From NCBI GenBank assembly GCA_964187785.1, contig OZ076409.1, positions 39,742,001 to 39,806,000 of the forward strand: a stretch of 64,000 nt of DNA. The letters are read 5' to 3'. Under the pieces are notes generated by a model. It saw nothing but the letters and a program-made list of their open reading frames with translations, was not told the DNA's origin and searched no databases. Positions 23,119 through 35,449 of the stretch are shown here, piece by piece. Source of the DNA: Amphiscolops sp. MND2022. Lineage: Eukaryota. Position numbers and translations under genes: made by a program. How positions within the stretch are numbered: position 1 is the first letter of the stretch; each line of letters opens with the position of its first letter.

Positions 23119-24899
23119 TGGCCGTTCTCGGCTTGTTCTTCTTTAGTCTCCTCTCAGTTGCTTCCAGAATAGTGTCTTGCAATGATTATTTCAGATGTAT
23201 GTTTTTTGTTTTAGTCCAATCGTTTGCCTTCTCACCTCGTAAAAGATTGTTTAAAGAGCAGTGAAGTTCTTGCTTGATAAAATTATTCATTTAATGGTTA
23301 GGTTAGGAAGCTCTAGTAGAGTACGTATCTGGTGGAGTTTTAGGCCATACACCAAACACAAAAGGGTGGAATGTTCTCTCATTAAGTCATAATTTTGCTG
23401 CATCATGCTTAGACATATGATGTAGAAATGATGTATGCGATATTGAGTCTTACTTGGTTTCCTTTGCCCGGCTTCCTGCTCTCCAGGCCTCAAAAAATAT
23501 CCTCAGCTAAATGAAACCACGACATTTCTGGACATGCAGGTTATCGACTGAACGATAGTAAATGGGTGAATTTCGAATCTAAACTAAAATTGAATATATT
23601 TTTGTCTCCATATTGATCTAAATGGTATCAGAACGTTACAAGGTACACTGCAAGTGGTAAAAAATCACAACCTTTGCGAAGATGCTAGATTGATTTGCTA
23701 CGGTATTTTAGTATTTTTCTCATGAAAAAGAAAATCTCTGAACACAGGCAGATTCACTGAGACTACTCTTGAAGGAATACACCGCCTGACCGCAGATCAC
23801 ATGAAGGAATGGCCCAAGTCGGCGCCCCATTTGAAGCTCAGCAATAAAGGACAAATCGGAGGATAAGGAAGACAGAAGACCAAGATCAACCACAGTGGCA
23901 TTCATAGCGAACCGAAACACCCAGTGATGGGTCTTATTTCAAACTTTGCCCACACTGGAAAACATTGACAGCTCATTGGGCGAACACAAGCCAATGGCAG
24001 AGGGCGGAATGAAGAGAAGTTATTTACAGCTCCGAAGCACCTTAATCTGAATCTCAATTAAACCACCTATTTCTTCAGGTAGCTGTCCAATGTTGGTGCT
24101 ACTGTTTGTTCTAACATTTTTTGCAGTGTAGAAGTTAATTAAGTAACAGTTGTAATTGGCTGGCCGAGTTACATTCAAGGAATTATCGCAGGTCACTTCT
24201 TCAGTCGTTTTTTCTTGGGATGTTCTTCTAGAGTTCGATCCTCATGGATGTAATTTTGATTCAGTTAGACCGTTCACTTTAGAGGATAAATTTTTAAAGA
24301 GCCTCAAGATTTCTGTGTGGCCCAGTTCCGTGTCCTTAAGCCTCTTAGAGCCTCGGTTTTCAATTTGTTAGACATTTCCTCAAAATCTCTCTCTTAATAC
24401 GCTGAATTCTCATCTCCGGAGTAATTTACTACTTCTATTTCCTCTCCAAAGACTGCCGGAGAATCTCTCCTCTATTTTTGCCCTTATCCCAGACATAGTC
24501 TAGAGAAAAGAAATCAGGTGCGGAGTAGTTGAATTACGGAACTATTTTCAACTGTTTCAACCGTGTTTTCCTCGATATTTCCTGAGTTGAATAATTGGAC
24601 GAAATTACGATTTTCGATGGAACGAACCTAAAACATGAGCGTGCCCGAGTCTCGATTCCGCCTCCCTTCCTTCACTTCCCGTCAATTCACGACGCCGAGC
24701 CAATTGGTACATTAACCAAGCTAACCGATAGGGGCAAAAGAAAGTACTTCACATCGAAAAACTAAAAAAAATTGAACTGCTTCAACGACTTCACAATGAA
24801 TAAGATGGTAAACCATTATGATTTTACACACCAATAAAAACAAACGATGGAAAAATATTCCAAAGAAAACACGAAATATTAAACAAGCTGGGAACTGCG

Positions 24900-25350
24900 T
24901 AAGTCGGCGCCATATCTAAGGCTCAAGAATTAGAAGAAAGGACTACAAAGTGTCAAAGTATTCTCTCCTACAGTACCCGAAAAACCCAAAAATCGGACCG
25001 AATTGAGGCGCGATGGTTTGGGCCTTGAAATTCTTCATCGATTCCGTCGCAAAACTTCAAAAAAATTGAGCGGTGGACCCTTTGGGGAAAATTTTCTTGA
25101 AGAAAAGTTTCACAATGCCAAAAAACTGAAAGGGGACGTTTTAGTCTCGCCCGGTATTGTATGTGACGCGGAAAAAAGGAAAAACCTTTTTGATTCAACT
25201 TGCTCGGCCAAATGGTTCAATTTGTCACCATAAAATTTCGAAGAACTTCGTAAAACTATTTTGGTCGGTTCGTGTCAGTACGTGTGGATTGAAAAAAGGA
25301 GTCACTATAATAATAGCGATTCACTTCATGAAGAGCTGACTAAAATTATG
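24900..25350 (+). mobile_element. AGTCGGCGC-family repeat copy
   Basis: aagtcggcgccatatctaaggctcaag...aaaggactacaaagtgtcaaagtattctct..., nearly the same as 53094 onward. Confidence 0.6.
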
Positions 25351-26063
25351 AGACAAAATTCAGGTCATAAGTCTGGAGAACATTCTGCAATCGAAGTTTC
25401 TGATGCAATCCCCTGATGCATGTTCCAATCGCAGAGAACTTCAAATTAACTATCATCGGGGCGATTAAAACTGAAACGCATGGTTCATCAGGTAAATTTA
25501 TGAAACTTCACTAAATATATTCTATCATTTCTGAAGACAACACATGAATCAAACGTGGTTTGCCCAAATTTTGCAATTAATTAGTACTAATACTAGGGTT
25601 GCTACCCAGTCAACAAGTTTTAGAATGCTGCCTGGGTGTTGACTCAATTATTTAAAAAAGTTTCTCTGGTCGTGTAAAAGGAAAGTGTTAACCGATTGAA
25701 CCTTTCCTTCGTTTCTGCATCTATTTCTTTTTCTGTCGATTTTAGGCCATTAAATCGTTGAAAGAGCTTATTGAGCAGTTGATTAGTACACAAAAATATT
25801 GAGTCAACAGGATGGTTGGCCAGGCCGTTGACTCAAATTCAGCAGCCTGGTAGGCTACCTAGGACATCTACTTCTCAGTTGATTCCATTCAACTGCGCTC
25901 AGCTTTGATAGGTTGGAATGTTTTCCCACTGTGATTGATAATACTGTCAGCTGTCGCTGCGGCAACACTCCAGTCATCGCGCTTATTGTTTAATTCCAGT
26001 CAAAGCTCTGGCTGTTTGACTAGTAATTGACTGCTTCACTTTACAGTAATAAATAACGGGGGA

Positions 26064-26593
26064 AGTAAATAACTTCTAAATAAATAACTTCTAATTAATA
26101 TAGTAAACAACTTCTAAATAAATAAGTTCTAAAATTATTTTAGTAAATAACTTCTAAATTGCAATGGCATCTAGTAAATAACTTCCAAACAGCTATTTTG
26201 ACGTAATTATTTCTATAACGTCGTTAGCTATGTTCACATACCCCTAGTGCCCTAAATGCAGGAGCGAAGCGAAGCGGAGCGACGTGCCATATGGCCATGC
26301 CTCAATGTTGCTACTTGGCGAAGGGAGCGAAGCGACCGAGCCATACAACAAATATGCTAATCTTTTCAAATAACAGTTTTCGGAATAATAGAACGGTAAG
26401 TTTATTTTCGGAATAATGGAACGGTTAATTTATTTTCGGAAGAATGAATAGCAATCTTTACTAGAATGATTTCAGAAGTTACCAGACGCAAATGCATTTT
26501 AGAAGTTATTTACTAATATAATTTTAGAACTTATTTATTTAGAAGTTATTTACTAATATAATTTTAGAACTTATTTATTTAGAAGTTATTTAC
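26064..26593. mobile_element. Foldback-like element with modular AT-rich inverted arms
   Basis: Left arrays of taaataacttctaaa (26064-26186) mirror right arrays of tttagaagttattta (26497-26593); GC-rich gagcgaagcg core. Confidence 0.7.
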
Positions 26594-26879
26594 GTGATCC
26601 TTAATAACATCCTTACAAAATAAAGTATAAACTTTGCGTATCAATATTATCATTATTTTTATTATTGTTATGTTATGTTTTTATTATTACAAACCTATTA
26701 CAGAAGTTTGTTTGGAAAAATTGGTTGATTATTGTTTTAATGTCGCCTAATTGCAGGTTAACTCCTGAAATTTCTCCGTTACTCTCCCTTGACACTGCCA
26801 TAATCTTGATACTTTTCTCACAAATCTGTGAGGGTTGAAACACTAACAGATCAGAACAGTATTATATTAGATGCGATTT

Positions 26880-27340
26880 TGGTCAGAGCTTTTTATAAAA
26901 GAGGAGTCGATTATAGTCATGACTTTTCGTCAGTGCTTTTTTTCGATCCAACTGAAGTGATCAAAACAGTTCTATCAAAACTTCTATATTTCATAACTTT
27001 AAAATTGTATCTGTTGGCCCTGAAACTGATCCAGAACGGTTTTTCGTTTTCTTCAGCGTATAATACAATACCGAGCGAGATTAAAGAATGCCCCTTTCAG
27101 TGTTTGTCGCATTGTGCGACATTTTCGAGATTTGTTTTCCACTTAGGGGTCCGCCTTCATTTTTTCTGATGATTTGCCACAGAATGGATCAAAAAGCTGA
27201 AATCTTTTCCACTGGCGCGCCAATTCCGTCCATTTTTTGGCTTTTTTGGGTGCTGTTGGAGAACTACTTCGACACTTTGAAGTCCTTCTGCTATTTATAA
27301 GCCTTATATATGGCATCGAATTGGGCCTTTCCTGTCTTGT
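26880..27340 (-). mobile_element. Diverged AGTCGGCGC-family repeat copy
   Basis: Shares gactttcgtcagtg...tttttt, cattgtgcgacatttt and gccttatatatggc with 19523-19967. Confidence 0.5.
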
Positions 27341-28699
27341 TTTAAAATTGATTCCGGGTTGTTAGGTTCTCGTTATGTTTTGTGTTTTTGTACAAAATTA
27401 ACGGCCCAAAAAATTGGATATTCCTGTAGAAAACGTTTTGATACTCTCACCAATGGTTTGACTGTTAAACACAGTTCAGCTATAGCTACCGCTGATGGTC
27501 AAAAACTGTCGCATGAAACATTTTCTGATGATCGTCATAAATAGAGAGCACTCAGTGGTCAAAAATTTTAGACGTATTCACAGGAATGGTATCTAGAATT
27601 CATGAAAAAGTTGTCAGTCGTCCTTACAGGCGTCTTTGCTTACTTACTGAATGCCGGTATACTGCAAAGTATAATTTTCACTACAGAAAAGATACTTGGT
27701 GAAAACAATGTTCAAAGAACGGTCACTAGCTTTGTCGAAATAGGTTACAACCGGTAACTTTGAGTGTGGGAAGCGATGTAGCCACTAATTTCAGAGTGTT
27801 ATTATTTAATAGCCCCGCTTGTTTCATATAGAAAAACTGAGTAAGCGTGGTGTCAAATATTTTTCGGTTAGTTATTTCAAAAAAGCAAGTGTATCTAGTA
27901 AAAAGTATTTTTCTCCACCGATCAAGCTGTCATTAGGGAACACTTTGTTCACATTATGCTGTAGTCAACATGTTTTTTGTGGCATATTACCTGGGAAAGC
28001 CGCCTATGATGGCGTAAAATATAAACTTGCACGGGAAACCAGGAAGTTATCTCAGAAACACTACCTTGAAACTGTTTATGTTCTTGAGCACAATAAACCG
28101 AATGTATAATTTGGATCTACCCGGCAAAATAGTACTATTAGTTCGTTTGCATAAGAAGAATAATTATGTTGCAAACGTTAATAATGTGTAGTTGGATGTT
28201 GCGTTACTACTCTAAAGTTGTTACTTGTTGCTCAAAGTTTCTAGATTACCATTTACACATGTGTTAATCGGAGTTGGTTAGAATTCGTAGTTGAATAGGT
28301 GCTATACATAATAACCTTTTGAAAGGCCTTGTAAGGTTTCTCACAGCATTCTACAAATACTTCATGTTTACCATTATTCAATTACAGGACCCGTGCTTGC
28401 TACGTGCCTAAACACGTTGTTCTCATTTCGATACTAACTGATATTCTTCGGTGCTATGATGTTTTTACGAGTATGAATAATCATTACGGCCAGGAGCGAG
28501 CTGTTTTTAGCTTTCATGGTCATGTGATCAGGTATTTTTTAGTATCGTGACAATATAAATTACGGATGTCATGCTGCTGAGGGTTTATATACTAGGGATG
28601 CTCCTTGAGACACACAATTTTTTGATGCTTTGATACAGTACATACGTTTACAAAATAATCGTTCTGATTCAAATGAAATTTGGCTAATCGGATTATCTT

Positions 28700-29130
28700 G
28701 GTGCCTGTGGGTAGAAAGCAAAAGAGTAGAGCAAGGAAATATAGAGAAGCAGACATCATGTCTGACTTAGAGAACCTCCATGTGATGATAGGTAGTTCTC
28801 ACTATGACAAGGAGGAGAGTTATTTTGATGACCTGACTGGTAGGCCGAATAGCCAAAGTCGTGAGAATTCAGCCTGAACGTAATTCCAATAATAACCCTA
28901 ACTCTAGAGAGAATGAAGTTAGGGGATTTGCAGGGAATGGCGCATTCAACAAGTGAGATTGGTTCAAATTACCATTTGAATTGCCTAACAGGGGAAATCA
29001 ACCAGATATTATCACAGGAAATGAATGATTGATAGCTTTAACTCACAAATCCAAAGGTCAATAATTGTGGCTACCAACGCGCAAGTTTTACCGCAAATAC
29101 AAGCTTCACTTAGGACACTGAATGAGCGAA
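28700..29130 (+). pseudogene. gag-leader-like ORF remnant
   Basis: RKQKSRARKYREADIMSDLENLHVMIG...NSQIQRSI...NAQVLPQIQ; same family as 2284, 5377 and 33390. Confidence 0.55.
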
Positions 29131-32100
29131 GGACGCAGTCTGCAGGCAACAGATCAATTGACTGGAATCCTAACAAACGAAGACTCGTTCAAGATGAAGT
29201 TTACCTTCATTATTACACACTTCACACCATTCGGGACAAAAAAGGTCATCAAAGCAAAGTTCACGTACTGAAAAACTAAATCCACATCAATAAACACAGA
29301 AACCACTTTTGAGAATAGTATTTGTTCATGCAAAACTTGTCCGGTACCATTTTCACCTAACAATTGTGGGAAAAATGCTGTAATGTGCATCTTCTTGATC
29401 TTCATCGAACTTCGGATCAAAGAGGATCTCATCCCGAGAACTAAGCCTGGTGTTATATGTGAAGGCGTTTTCGCATTTCCGTTCCGATCTCTCACGCCAG
29501 ACGTGTCCCTCATCTCTGTGCTCTATTTTCTTCGGAAATGTTTCGTGGTATCTCAATTGTTGGATGTGAACAAAAAAAGTTCCTTGTAATTGGCGGTTTT
29601 TTAAAACTAAAATCATGTTTGTTATGGTGGCTTGGACAGATGAGTTTGTCATTTGCTGGCACTCAGTCTTTCTTAAGTTCAGTTGTACACAATGCGTTTC
29701 TACTCTTCGAAGTTATTTCTGACAGGTTTGTTTTTTTTTATTGCAACCCCATCGTGATGAAACGTTGCTCTTATAAACATTCAGGGAATTAATTCTTTGC
29801 TAACTGTATAATGATATATCCTAGCAAAATCGAACGCCCCGAGATCAACCACTTTGATGACAATTTTAATCGCGGACCCATCGTTTTTATGAAGGCCAAA
29901 ACAGAGACTGAAAGTTTATTTTCTTCATGCGTCGAGTCAAAGAAATGAAAACAAACTCTGTTGACCTTTTGTTTCAAATGAAAATTATAGTCATTCAGAA
30001 TCAAGTTAGATTCTAAACAACTACGATTGATAAAAAAACCCATGACGGACAAATTTCCATTATGAATTACTTTCAATCAAAAAGATGATGAAGTCCATTT
30101 ATTGCGTATTGAGTTGATCAAAGATCTCTTGACTCTAGCGTTGATATTTTGTCTTCTTCCGTCGTTCATATCTCTATTTTCGACGACCAAAACCCAGGTT
30201 TTTGATGGATTTAGTGATAACCGCCCCGTCAGATTTGTTGAGCAGTTTGAACCCAACTGTCTCATCCAGTGAGCTTGTTTTCTTCAACATCCGCTGCTTG
30301 TTGATTTTTGAAAGACGCCTCAATTTCTTGAAGTTGCGAAGGGGATCGTAAAATTCAATTTCCACCTCCACTCTTTTGTCTTCTATTGCAACCTTGTTGA
30401 AACTTCTCCATAGATCAGCACTGGGAATCCGAATATTGTTTGGTATGTTTTTGCGGTTCCACGGCAGTATGTGTTGAATTGGGGTCTTTTGATTGGATGT
30501 TATATGGGCCCATAGGTATAGTGACAGGACCACAAAGCTGTGAAGCGAAGTCACCATTTCTGTTCAAAATAAATTATACTATTTGTTTATTCTGAATCAC
30601 ATGTCCCTTGGTCTTGTACTATATGAAGATTTTAAAATACTTCCGTTGGTTGCTAAACACTTACACCATGACAAACCATTTGAAAGAAACCTGGAAGATA
30701 GGTCCGACTGAATTGGGGCACTGAAGAAAAATCCATGTACTACATGTATTTTTCTTCAATGCCCCAATTCAGTAAGGAAACTTACAAACTTAGTAAGGAA
30801 ACTTTCAAGCTTGAAGATCCTCAGCCTCAAGCAAAACCGAATCTCGATGTATGGTTCAATTATATGCGCTAATATTACTAAATAAAGAAATTTAAATATT
30901 AACAGTGGTACTGCTGTAATTTTCGAATTCTTACCAATACGTCTTTGGAAAATTTCCTGCCTTCATTCTTTGACAAAAATCGGAATATTTTACACTAAAA
31001 ACTCTCTCCAAATCTAGTTGATAGGTGATGCAGTTATGAAACGAGACCGGAACGGCCAAATTCGGCGCCCGATCAAGTTTTTTTAAAAAAGTTTCTTAAA
31101 AATGCAAAAGACACTATCGTTAAAAATTTATAAACTTTTCAGGGCCGAAAAACACCCGAAGTGATACGTATGACACTCGAATACATTTTCACCAACTAGA
31201 AACAAGAAACATTTTTCGAAAACTATTTTTGAATAAATTGTTTGTCGGAAAAATGTCTCATATTCCTGAAAAGGGAGCTTCAAGCTCGCAAAACGCTTTT
31301 TCTCAAGCTGAAAGCATTTATGAACCCGACGGGGTAACTTTTTGACAAAGCAAAGTTTTTTGAAAAAAAGTCGTACAGTGTGGAGCAACACCGTTGGTTA
31401 TATCCAAAATTATTGAAAAAAAACTCATCCGTTCCACAGGAGCAAAAAAATCAACGAGGTCACCTTTTGAACTCCCAAAAGCTGTTTCCTTCTCAGGAAA
31501 CCTCAAAAAAAAACAAAAAATGGAAAAAAGGGCACTTCGGTTGAAGAACTCCGCGTTAAACACTAGGACAAGTCGCAGTGAGATTTTAGTAACTTATGGA
31601 AATGTTCATAGAAATCAGTTAGTTCGCTGGTTTAAAAAACAATATTCGATTATATTTTCGAACTTCCGCCTCCTTGGTAGGAGGCTATTTACTTCGGATA
31701 GAACGTCAAAGGTTCGGGCATATCATGCTGAGACAAGTGGGAGCCCACCCATTTCTCGAACGTCCGCCCTCTCTTTGGGAAAACGCAATATAGCTCGAAT
31801 ATAACGTCAAAAACTCGGATATAGCACAATATCTTCCGCAACTCCTCTTCACCAGAATACAACTTACTTCGGATATTAGGTCATCAATTCTGATATAGCG
31901 AGGTGGCAAGGCCAAATGGTCTTTATCGTGAGAAAATTTGCTCCATCTATGCTCCATTAAAGTGGACTTACCAGAGCTACAGGGGGAAAAAGAACTTCAC
32001 ACGAAAAATGAGAATTTTGGGCTTTACTAGCATCTAATATGTGGGAAACCATCAAAATTGAACTTTTTGGGGACGTGAAAAATTTTCGAAAAATAGTCTT

Positions 32101-32589
32101 ACAGTGCCGAAGAAATTCAAAGGGGGACTCTCTAGTCTCGACCGGTTTTGTATGTTACGTTATAAAGGGAAAATGAGACGGTAGAGACTTTGCACCAACT
32201 TATATGCATTTCCAAGACGTTCGTTTGGTTGAACAAAATGAAAAAGAAGTGTCCTTTACAGTGTAAAACTTGAGAAAAAAATGTCACTGCAATAGTCATG
32301 CACTTTTTTTAAAAAAAACACCGGCTAAGGCAGTTCGAAAAGGTTGTTTTCTTCGTCCCAGAAAAGCCAATGTAATTCAAGAATACAGATATTATTTTAG
32401 ATGAAGGTGTCGCAGGCTGTTGCCTGCGAAAGTAATTGGTACACTGTGTCGTAAAATTACTATCGGGCCCAGCTTGGGACAATTCCCCTGCTCTGAATTG
32501 GTAATCCCCATTCATAAACTTCTCAATTCTTTTGTTTGTCTTGCTAAATGCACAATTATAATGTTGCTGTACAATTAATTGTTGAATTT

Positions 32590-33960
32590 GTAAATGTAAT
32601 ATTATAAAAAATGGACACCAAGGCGTACATGCAAAGGAAACGCGTCCAAATGTTTACTTGCCTGGCGCTGTGGACAACAAGTGCAAATCAGTATTAACCA
32701 ATCAGATATCTCCATTTTAGAATTGATTCCATATATGTGCTTGTACTAATCAAACAAAGACAGAGTACGGCTCAGTGCTGTGACATATTATTTGATCATG
32801 GTAATTGCCAGTTGCCGCTTTACTCGCTGAAGTCTGAAGCGATGCTACCGTAGTATGATAAAGTATTCTAATAGGGCAATTAAATGTTGCCTTCTTTGGC
32901 CTACTTGAAAAACCAATTGTTCACGATTTTGTTTGAGCAAAAAATTTTTGTTAAACACTTCATGTTGTTCATGAAATTGGTATTTGTACTATAAATACGG
33001 CCGAAATATCCTTCCTCCCTTCACGCTTGTCCTACCTGCCGTATTAGTGTACATGTATTTGAGCAAGTAATTGGTTTGATACATGTATATAGTTGCTATC
33101 GTTGCTGTTATAATGGAAGAGCCTGGTAGGTAATGTAAACAAATAGTGGCCGCAAAGCCTTGATGCTGTTTTTGAATTAGAATACGCCCTAGGGCTTTTT
33201 AAGGATTCTATTTTTAGTCTATGTGATTCTAATTATAGCAACTTGATGCCCTAAATTTGGCATGTCATCCTTCTTGGGGTATATATGGACCGCCCGAGAA
33301 GGCACTGACTTAATTCTACTTGACAAGTCTGAAAAAGATAGTTGAAAGTGCACAATCGTTAATTTCGAGAAATAAAATATTTCTCTCGCGCATAACTTTC
33401 ATGCCACAGGGAGACAGACAACAAGAGCAAAAATATAGAGATCCTATAGAGATGGACTTGATGTCCGAATATGAAAATATAGACGTGTTACTTGGTAGTG
33501 AAAACGCAAACCCTGTGGAAAGGGAATTAGCAAATACCATTAATATTTCAATCAGTAACAAAGGCACGTAGGCCTTTTCCCAACAAAGAAGGAATTCCTC
33601 ACAAGAGAATGAAATTGGGAAATTCAGTGGTGAAAAAATCATCCCTAGATAAAATTGACTGCTTGAGTCAATAGAAATATTCTCAAATGAGATCAATATG
33701 CTTCTTTCACAGGGGGGTGGACTATTCCCTGTTGTCAGTAATGCATTCGCAGGTCAACAAGACTATAAGTTCTACTTTTTTTGGCAGAGTCATATCTGAG
33801 ATACAAAATATTATGGGTTCGTTGTCTTCAAGTCACAGAGACACCGAGTCCGGGTCGTCCGGCAATGGTCACGAGAAATACGATCAGGCAAATGGGTTGA
33901 AAACGAAAAAAAAACAAAGAGGACTCTAGGTCTGCATTTGATCTTAGAAACAACAGGGAC
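32590..33960 (+). mobile_element. Degenerate LTR-retrotransposon 5' part (LTR-like, PBS-like, gag leader)
   Basis: Paralogous to 1490-2838; ...EMDLMSEYENIDVLLGSENANPVERELAN..., ending aggtctgcatttgatcttagaaac as at ~2783. Confidence 0.55.
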
Positions 33961-34529
33961 CTAGGCCCTGATATTAGGGTCTTTTTGTGTTGTTTGTGTT
34001 TCAATCTGAAACAAGCCAAGAACGACCAAGTCGGCCCCCAGCTCAAGTTTCAAAAAAGCAAACAAGGCTGTGAAAAAATCCCACTACTACTTTAGGCTAC
34101 TCTTAAGGTAACAAAAATATTTCCAAAACGGTAGCAACTTAGAGCATCTAAACTGCTTATTTGGCGTACATCCCGCGGAATTGGATGACTGCCTTTCTTC
34201 CTCTTATCTCTTCCTGAGCCAACACAGAATCGAAACAAGACAGTTCTGTGGTATAAGTATTTATACAAGTCGCACAGTTCCAAAACAATCCAAACGGAGC
34301 ATTCTAGGATTGAAAACGCATTTTTGTTACTAAAACATGGGAAAAGCAAAACTCCTCTTGGGAAAATTCTTCAAAAAACTGCAAAATGCTGATAGATTTT
34401 CAAAACATATTCCTGCAAGACAGCATTTAATGTTTCGAGATTTTTTCACGAACCGCAATCACCAACAAATGCTTTGTGTCTGGATGAAAAAATGCCGTTG
34501 TTTCAAAATGTTTCACAAAATACGAAGTT

Positions 34530-35108
34530 CAAAAAGTGATTGCTTATACAGCATCTCAATATCAAAAGACTTGTCACAAAGGTTCTAAAAATCGCCTCCT
34601 TATAAAAATCGTGAATTTTTTGAAAGTTTGTGTTACGACTATTCACCGGAGTTGTTTTGGAAGTAGCCGTGTTTTTTACAGAGGTAGAAGTGCGAGATGT
34701 GTTCAGTTTCAAAATCAGAATCTTGTGCGTTTTGATGGACAGATGATTTTTTGGCTATTGATGCTACAAGCTTCATCATTTCCTTCCGGTTTTCTGCTAA
34801 CATTTTTGCTACATTCAGACAATATTTCTTTTCTCAAAGATGTTTTATCTCTTCCAATATTTCAGGATGTATTCTAAGAGGTGTTCTAGGACCTGAAATA
34901 AGGATTTCGGGTTGATTGTTTTCGGTTACTGAAGAGTCAAACTCCCCAGAAACTAGCTCAGCTACTGCTTTCCTTCTTTGGCTTCTGGTAGTCATTTTTT
35001 GGATGAAAAAAATGAAAATCAGTCTTCGGAAAATGTGAAATCGTCAAAAACGCATTTTATTGCGGTTATTAATAGTTTACAGAACAGCAAAAAGTACTAA
35101 CTAAAACT
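34530..35108 (-). pseudogene. Ty3/gypsy 5' UTR and gag start remnant
   Basis: Minus strand MTTRSQRRKAVAELVSGEFDSSVTENNQPE...; homologous to 42500-42950, including the UTR acagaacagcaaaaagtacta. Confidence 0.7.
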
Positions 35109-35449
35109 TTACTTGACTCGTGCGGGAGGTTTTATCAGTTAGTTGCTTTTCGTAGTCATGTAGAGGGTTTTGTTGTTGGGTGTTGGGAGTGGCAGTATGC
35201 GGTGTTTGTTATTAGGTCAAGATGATGATCAGCCGAGGGGTTCCGGGAGCATGCCGTTAAGTCATCAAGATATGCTGCATTTGAAGGGTAGTCATCAAGT
35301 TAGTCGGGCGGCAAAAACGATTCAGAGCGGCATGAAGATCTTTTGTTCCTTGTATCTTTTTGTGTTTCTTTCCTTTTGTTTTTTTTTCTCGTTGGTTTTT
35401 TGTTTGTTATCTGGTGAGAGGTTATGTCATTTTTCGCCATTTATGTATA

